Virus record (IMG/VR): IMGVR_UViG_3300021440_000026
Coordinates: 1 to 58,672 of that record
DNA: 58,672 nt
Direction: 5' to 3' (one strand)
From: a virus
Taxonomy: Duplodnaviria > Caudoviricetes
Shown here: positions 56,551 to 58,672 of the stretch, piece after piece
Layout: every line of letters starts with the position of its first letter
Numbering within the stretch: the stretch's first letter is position 1
Made by a program: the position numbers and the translations under genes
Notes under the pieces: generated by a model
The model's input: the letters and a program-made list of their open reading frames with translations, nothing else
The model's database searches: none
What the model was told of the DNA's origin: nothing

Positions 56551-56802
56551 ATGAATGCTGAAAATCATAATCGCACCCCGCTTGGATCAAATGTATTAAT
56601 CGAAGTAATAAATAAAGATGTAGACGTTGTTTTGGCATTAGGCACTGTTGCATATCGTAATCGGCAAACATTAGAATTGTTTCCTGAAGGTGCGTGGGTA
56701 AAAGTTGGCGATAAGGTTTCAATAAAAAAATTTTATAAGCCAGATGGGTTACAATATTTGTGCGCGCAAGATGTTGAAATTGATTGCAAAATTAACTCAT
56801 GA
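56551..56802 (+). CDS. Second GroES-like protein lacking the mobile loop
   Basis: RTPLGSNVLIEV matches RTPFGARVIVQL of the other copy; VLALG..AY.......PEGAWVKVGDKV. Confidence 0.65.
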   Translation: MNAENHNRTPLGSNVLIEVINKDVDVVLALGTVAYRNRQTLELFPEGAWVKVGDKVSIKKFYKPDGLQYLCAQDVEIDCKINS

Positions 56803-57179
56803 ATAAAGCAAAACGTGATTATTGCAATAAAGGGATTCATAAAGGGTGGAGATTATTAACCCCACGTTTTAAAATTGTTGAAAAAGATCAGAGTTTTAAC
56901 AACTACCGTGAAGTGATTGGATATAATTGTTCACTATGCGGAGTTAAGCTAGATGCTAGTCAATGTTCTTTTTCTAAGCATTGTATTAAACGTGGAATTA
57001 TGGAGCCTATAGCAATAAATAGTAAATTTGGCGCAAGTAAAAAAGCATTTGCATTTTTTTGGAATAATTTAAATAAAAGGCATGCTCTTATTTTATTTTA
57101 TACTCACATGAAACAAAATGTTAAATTTAATCGGGAGAAATTTAACACTTCTTGCAAAGTGTTTGGCTGCAAATTATGA
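56799..57179 (+). CDS. Hypothetical Cys-rich basic protein
   Basis: Coupled starts and stops; C..G.H and CSLCG. Confidence 0.5.
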   Translation: MNKAKRDYCNKGIHKGWRLLTPRFKIVEKDQSFNNYREVIGYNCSLCGVKLDASQCSFSKHCIKRGIMEPIAINSKFGASKKAFAFFWNNLNKRHALILFYTHMKQNVKFNREKFNTSCKVFGCKL

Positions 57180-57352
57180 TTGAAAAACTCCTAAACGAAT
57201 TGCTTGCACGCAAACAAAAATACTCTGACGAAATACTTTCTCAGCCTCCTGCAACAATGGAAGCGTTAAAGTATCGCGTCGGACGCTATCACGAGTGCAT
57301 TGAATTGATTGATATGGTTGAGAAAATTGCGCGCGGGGATGAGGACGAATGA
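57176..57352 (+). CDS. Small conserved head-module protein
   Basis: YRVGRY helix pattern typical of the gene between portal and GroES. Confidence 0.55.
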   Translation: MIEKLLNELLARKQKYSDEILSQPPATMEALKYRVGRYHECIELIDMVEKIARGDEDE

Positions 57353-57729
57353 AATTAGAAATACAACAACTATCTTGCGCCCTTCCAACGAGTAAGTTCT
57401 TGAAAATTAAACGGGTTGCCAATGCCTCTTGGAGAATTCGAGTAAATACAGATTTTACATGGAAGATTTACTTATTAAGATCGGCGATGCACAGAAAATT
57501 TATTAAGTATGGGAAATATATATTATTGAGTGTTGACCCAAGACCATACATTCACCCAAACGTTCCAGTACCAAAAGGAAAATATTTTATATGCGCACCA
57601 AAGTTTTGTTTTCATAATGTCGCCCCAACCAAGCAATATATTTATACAATTCAATCAAAAATAATTAACAAAGTTTTACGTAGGTTTTGCCCTTATAATC
57701 CAATTACTATGAATGGCTCGTGGGGATGA
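57349..57729 (+). CDS. Hypothetical basic protein
   Basis: 126 aa, ATGA overlap. Confidence 0.45.
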   Translation: MKLEIQQLSCALPTSKFLKIKRVANASWRIRVNTDFTWKIYLLRSAMHRKFIKYGKYILLSVDPRPYIHPNVPVPKGKYFICAPKFCFHNVAPTKQYIYTIQSKIINKVLRRFCPYNPITMNGSWG

Positions 57730-58082
57730 GGATGAGTGAATCTATGAAATCAGCGCGAATGCTTGTGGATTTTTTCATTGCAAAAGAATTGCCTGATGCA
57801 ACGTTATGTCGTATTGACGAATGGCTTGCAATGAGTGATGATCATCGAAAAAAACAATGGAAGAAATTTTGGCATTCTATTTCTGGGAAAGTGAGAAATT
57901 ATAATGGGTGCGTATCTAAATTTTTAGAAGATAACCCATACGTGCCGGAAGAAGGATTAGACGAAAAGTCAAAACAATTTATGGTATGCAATATGGGTAC
58001 TTATGTTGCATTTGAATTCTGGCTTAAATATGAAGTAGAAACGTTTTTAGAAAGAATGGGGATAAATTATGGCAAAGTTTAA
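57720..58082 (+). CDS. Hypothetical protein
   Basis: 120-aa ORF. Confidence 0.5.
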   Translation: MGMRMSESMKSARMLVDFFIAKELPDATLCRIDEWLAMSDDHRKKQWKKFWHSISGKVRNYNGCVSKFLEDNPYVPEEGLDEKSKQFMVCNMGTYVAFEFWLKYEVETFLERMGINYGKV

Positions 58083-58335
58083 AATCACATACAAAAGCGG
58101 CGTAGTTGAAGAATTTGAGCAATCAGACTGTTCAACGATTGAGCAATTGGTTAATGTCAAGTTTGGTAGTGCTGATTACAAAAGCAATGGTGTTGAGGTT
58201 GAGTTAATCAATGAAACTCAATTGCCTGTAGAATCTGATGCAGAGAAAGAAGAAGCATCCGCAAGTGATGAAGAAGTGAAAAAAGTTATTGAGGCGCACG
58301 AATATATTTCTGAAAATTCAGAAGAAAATAAATAA
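58069..58335 (+). CDS. Acidic hypothetical protein
   Basis: 88 aa followed by a double terminator. Confidence 0.6.
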   Translation: MAKFKITYKSGVVEEFEQSDCSTIEQLVNVKFGSADYKSNGVEVELINETQLPVESDAEKEEASASDEEVKKVIEAHEYISENSEENK

Positions 58336-58354
58336 CAAACAAAGTTTTACAGCC

Positions 58355-58400
58355 AGCCACCTTCGGGTGGCTTTTTTTATGCCCATTTTGGGCTTTTTTT
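58355..58400 (+). terminator. Tandem intrinsic terminators
   Basis: AGCCACC-TTCG-GGTGGCT-T6 then GCCCA..TGGGC-T7. Confidence 0.8.
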
Positions 58401-58413
58401 ATATAGGAGACGT

Positions 58414-58672
58414 ATGTCTACTGAATTGATCCTGCCTAGCGCAGAAAACAAAGACGAATTTAACGCAGCAATTGGCGTAACTGCTAAAGAGGTTGCTGAA
58501 CAGGAAAGCCTTGAATGGTATTTCCCAGAGATTGAACCGGGGCGTACGCCATTTGGGGCTCGGGTGATTGTTCAATTGCGGCGAACTAAACGGAAGTCAA
58601 AGGGTGGGATTATCTTGGCTTCTGAAACAAAAGAAACAGACAAATGGAATGACCAGGTTGCCAAGGTTGTCG
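58414..58672 (+). CDS. GroES-like co-chaperonin, N-terminal part
   Basis: AGGAG RBS; RTPFGARVIVQLRRTKRKSKGGIILASETKE...AKVV with the GGIIL mobile loop. Confidence 0.9.
   Translation, partial: MSTELILPSAENKDEFNAAIGVTAKEVAEQESLEWYFPEIEPGRTPFGARVIVQLRRTKRKSKGGIILASETKETDKWNDQVAKVV

Overview
The window is an essentially complete, circularly permuted tailed-phage genome of about 58.7 kb. It has a podovirus-like (P22-type) virion module and lambdoid-type replication and recombination genes. A GroES-like gene is split across the two window ends. There are four blocks. (1) A + strand late operon (50.9 kb to the end, then 1-20.7 kb) carries Q-like antiterminator, TerS, TerL, portal, two GroES-like genes, scaffold, capsid, a homing endonuclease, tail and ejection proteins, SGNH and GH99-like enzymes, and the lysis cassette. 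(2) A - strand block (20.8-34.1 kb) carries SSAP, Gp157, SSB and an accessory island. (3) A + strand block (34.2-46.9 kb) carries a DNA MTase, NinB, NinG, a c4-like antisense RNA, replication initiator and dUTPase. (4) A - strand early block (47-50.2 kb) is driven by three copies of a promoter-leader cassette. I recognised no integrase, CI repressor, DNA polymerase or CRISPR array. The most unusual region is 20.8-24.5 kb. It holds a papain-like protease fused to a DUF4214/RsaA-like surface-anchor domain, a 680-nt ORF-free array of a tRNA(CAU) plus tRNA-shaped structured RNAs, and two orphan antitoxin-like genes (Panacea and HigA N-terminal-like). This may be a counter-defence or surface-remodelling island. 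Several small lesions (homopolymer frameshifts, a premature stop) may be sequencing errors. All family assignments come from motif recognition by eye, not from database searches.
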